A DNA stretch of 64,000 nucleotides. Origin: an uncultured delta proteobacterium. GTDB taxonomy: Bacteria > Myxococcota_A > Polyangia > Palsa-1104. Numbering within the stretch: position 1 is the stretch's first letter; every line of letters starts with the position of its first letter. The notes beneath the pieces were generated by a model. It was given only the letters and a program-made list of their open reading frames with translations. It ran no database searches and was not told the DNA's origin. The translations under genes and the position numbers were made by a program. This document shows positions 62,774-64,000 of the stretch, one piece after another. The stretch lies in contig CAWAWS010000039.1 of the NCBI GenBank assembly GCA_963785725.1, positions 416,001-480,000 of the forward strand, in the 5' to 3' direction.

Positions 62774-63837
62774 TGTCGACGATGGTGCAGGCGATTCGCA
62801 TGGCGCTGCATGTCGGCGAAGAGCGCCTCGGCGTCACCGACATCTTCGGCGAGGACGTCGGACCGCCGCTCGGCGGCGCCTTTACGCAGACGCAGGGCCT
62901 GAAGACGTCGTGGAATTCGCCGCTCGACGAGCGCGGCATCGTCGGCGCGGCCATCGGGCTCGCGCTCGCGGGTCAGCGTCCCGTCGCCGAGATTCAGTTC
63001 TGCGACTATGCGTTCAACGCGATCGATCTATTGAAGCTGGCGGGCAACATTCGCTGGTCGTCGGCGGGCGATTGGGAAGTGCCGATGGTGCTGATGACGC
63101 CCGTCGGCGCCGGTATTCGCGGCAGTATTTATCATTCGCACTCGTTCGACGCGCAGGCGACGCGTCTGGCCGGCTGGAAAGTGGTCATGCCGTCCAATCC
63201 GCGCGACGCCTACGGCCTCATGTTGTCGGCGATTCGCGATCCGAACCCGGTCATGTATTTGATGCCCAAGGCGCTGCTGCGGGTCAAAGGCGGCGAGGGT
63301 CAGGACGTTCCCGGCGAGCCGGCGAATCCGCGCGAGCTGTCGAAGATGATCGACGCGCCGCTCGGCGAAGGGCGCAGCGATTGGTCGCCCAATTGGCCGG
63401 CGCTCGAAGAGCTGTTCGTGCCCATCGGCAAGGCGCGCGTCGCGCGCGCCGGTCGCGACGTCACGCTGATTACCTACGGTCGCAACGTGCATATGGCGCT
63501 GGCGTCGGCCGAGGAGTTGGCGGCCGAAGGCATCGACGTCGAGATCATCGATTTGCGCTCGCTGCATCCTTACGATTGGCCGGCGATCGTCGAGAGCGTC
63601 ACCAAGACGAACCGCGTCATGTGCGTCAATGAGGACACCGAGATCACCAACTTCGGTGAGCACTTGATTCGCCGCATCGTCGAGGAGCTGTTCTACCAGC
63701 TGCACGCGCCGCCGAAGCTGTTGGCGGGCGCGCACGTTCCGGGCGTCGGGCTCGCCGACAACCTCGAGCACGCCAGCGTGCCGCAGACCGGCCGCATCAC
63801 GGCCGCGCTCCGCGAGCTCGCCAAGCACGTGCCTTAA
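62773..63837 (+). CDS. 2-oxoacid dehydrogenase E1 beta
   Basis: FGEDVG, PLDERGI, VAEIQFCDY, YHSHS, IDLRSLHPYD; TGATG overlap with E1 alpha. Confidence 0.9.
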   Translation: MSTMVQAIRMALHVGEERLGVTDIFGEDVGPPLGGAFTQTQGLKTSWNSPLDERGIVGAAIGLALAGQRPVAEIQFCDYAFNAIDLLKLAGNIRWSSAGDWEVPMVLMTPVGAGIRGSIYHSHSFDAQATRLAGWKVVMPSNPRDAYGLMLSAIRDPNPVMYLMPKALLRVKGGEGQDVPGEPANPRELSKMIDAPLGEGRSDWSPNWPALEELFVPIGKARVARAGRDVTLITYGRNVHMALASAEELAAEGIDVEIIDLRSLHPYDWPAIVESVTKTNRVMCVNEDTEITNFGEHLIRRIVEELFYQLHAPPKLLAGAHVPGVGLADNLEHASVPQTGRITAALRELAKHVP

Positions 63838-63877
63838 CTCGTTTAGTTTCTGGGTTTATAAATCGAGTTTCAGAATG

Positions 63878-63908
63878 AGACGCCGGCGCGATGAATGCGC
63901 CGGCGTCT
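63878..63908. terminator. 12-bp GC hairpin between convergent genes
   Basis: AGACGCCGGCGC-N7-GCGCCGGCGTCT. Confidence 0.6.
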
Positions 63909-63919
63909 TCGTATTGGCG

Positions 63920-64000
63920 TTAGTTCTTGGCGGCGGGCTTGTACGGGACGCCGAGCTCGGCGAAGAAGAAGGCCCACATGTCCGCCGACAGCGCGACGCG
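63920..64000 (-). CDS. C-terminal fragment, possibly prolyl oligopeptidase (S9)
   Basis: ..ALSADMWAFFFAELGVPYKPAAKN* resembles S9 C-termini; cut by window edge. Confidence 0.4.
   Translation of the reverse strand, partial: RVALSADMWAFFFAELGVPYKPAAKN

Overview
This is a very GC-rich bacterial window whose gene repertoire points to Myxococcota, probably Polyangia-like (inference from Cys-rich lipoproteins, a TPR-Ser/Thr kinase, an FHA-sigma54 activator, an ADYC protein and a bkd/esg-type E1 pair). It holds about 50 CDS; I found no rRNA, tRNA or CRISPR. (1) At 49953-60766 (-) is a six-gene operon with lipstatin lstABCDE architecture plus a GNAT in place of the formyltransferase. Its A domain reads as Asn-specific, which predicts an esterastin-type N-acetyl-Asn beta-lactone outside Actinomycetota. 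(2) An RbfA-paralog/RtcB pair sits behind an unannotated 16-aa leader ORF with alternative pairings, a candidate attenuated ribosome-repair module. (3) A radical SAM/SPASM enzyme is coupled to a Zn-ribbon lipoprotein-like partner carrying a Tyr-Gly motif. (4) Local tandem duplications are common, including repeat-derived spacer mini-ORFs that keep stop/start overlaps in the BGC, and a 46-bp hairpin array. (5) A 162-bp MITE-like element is present. Four genes carry a single extra base, most likely sequencing error. All calls come from reading motifs by eye; no searches were run.
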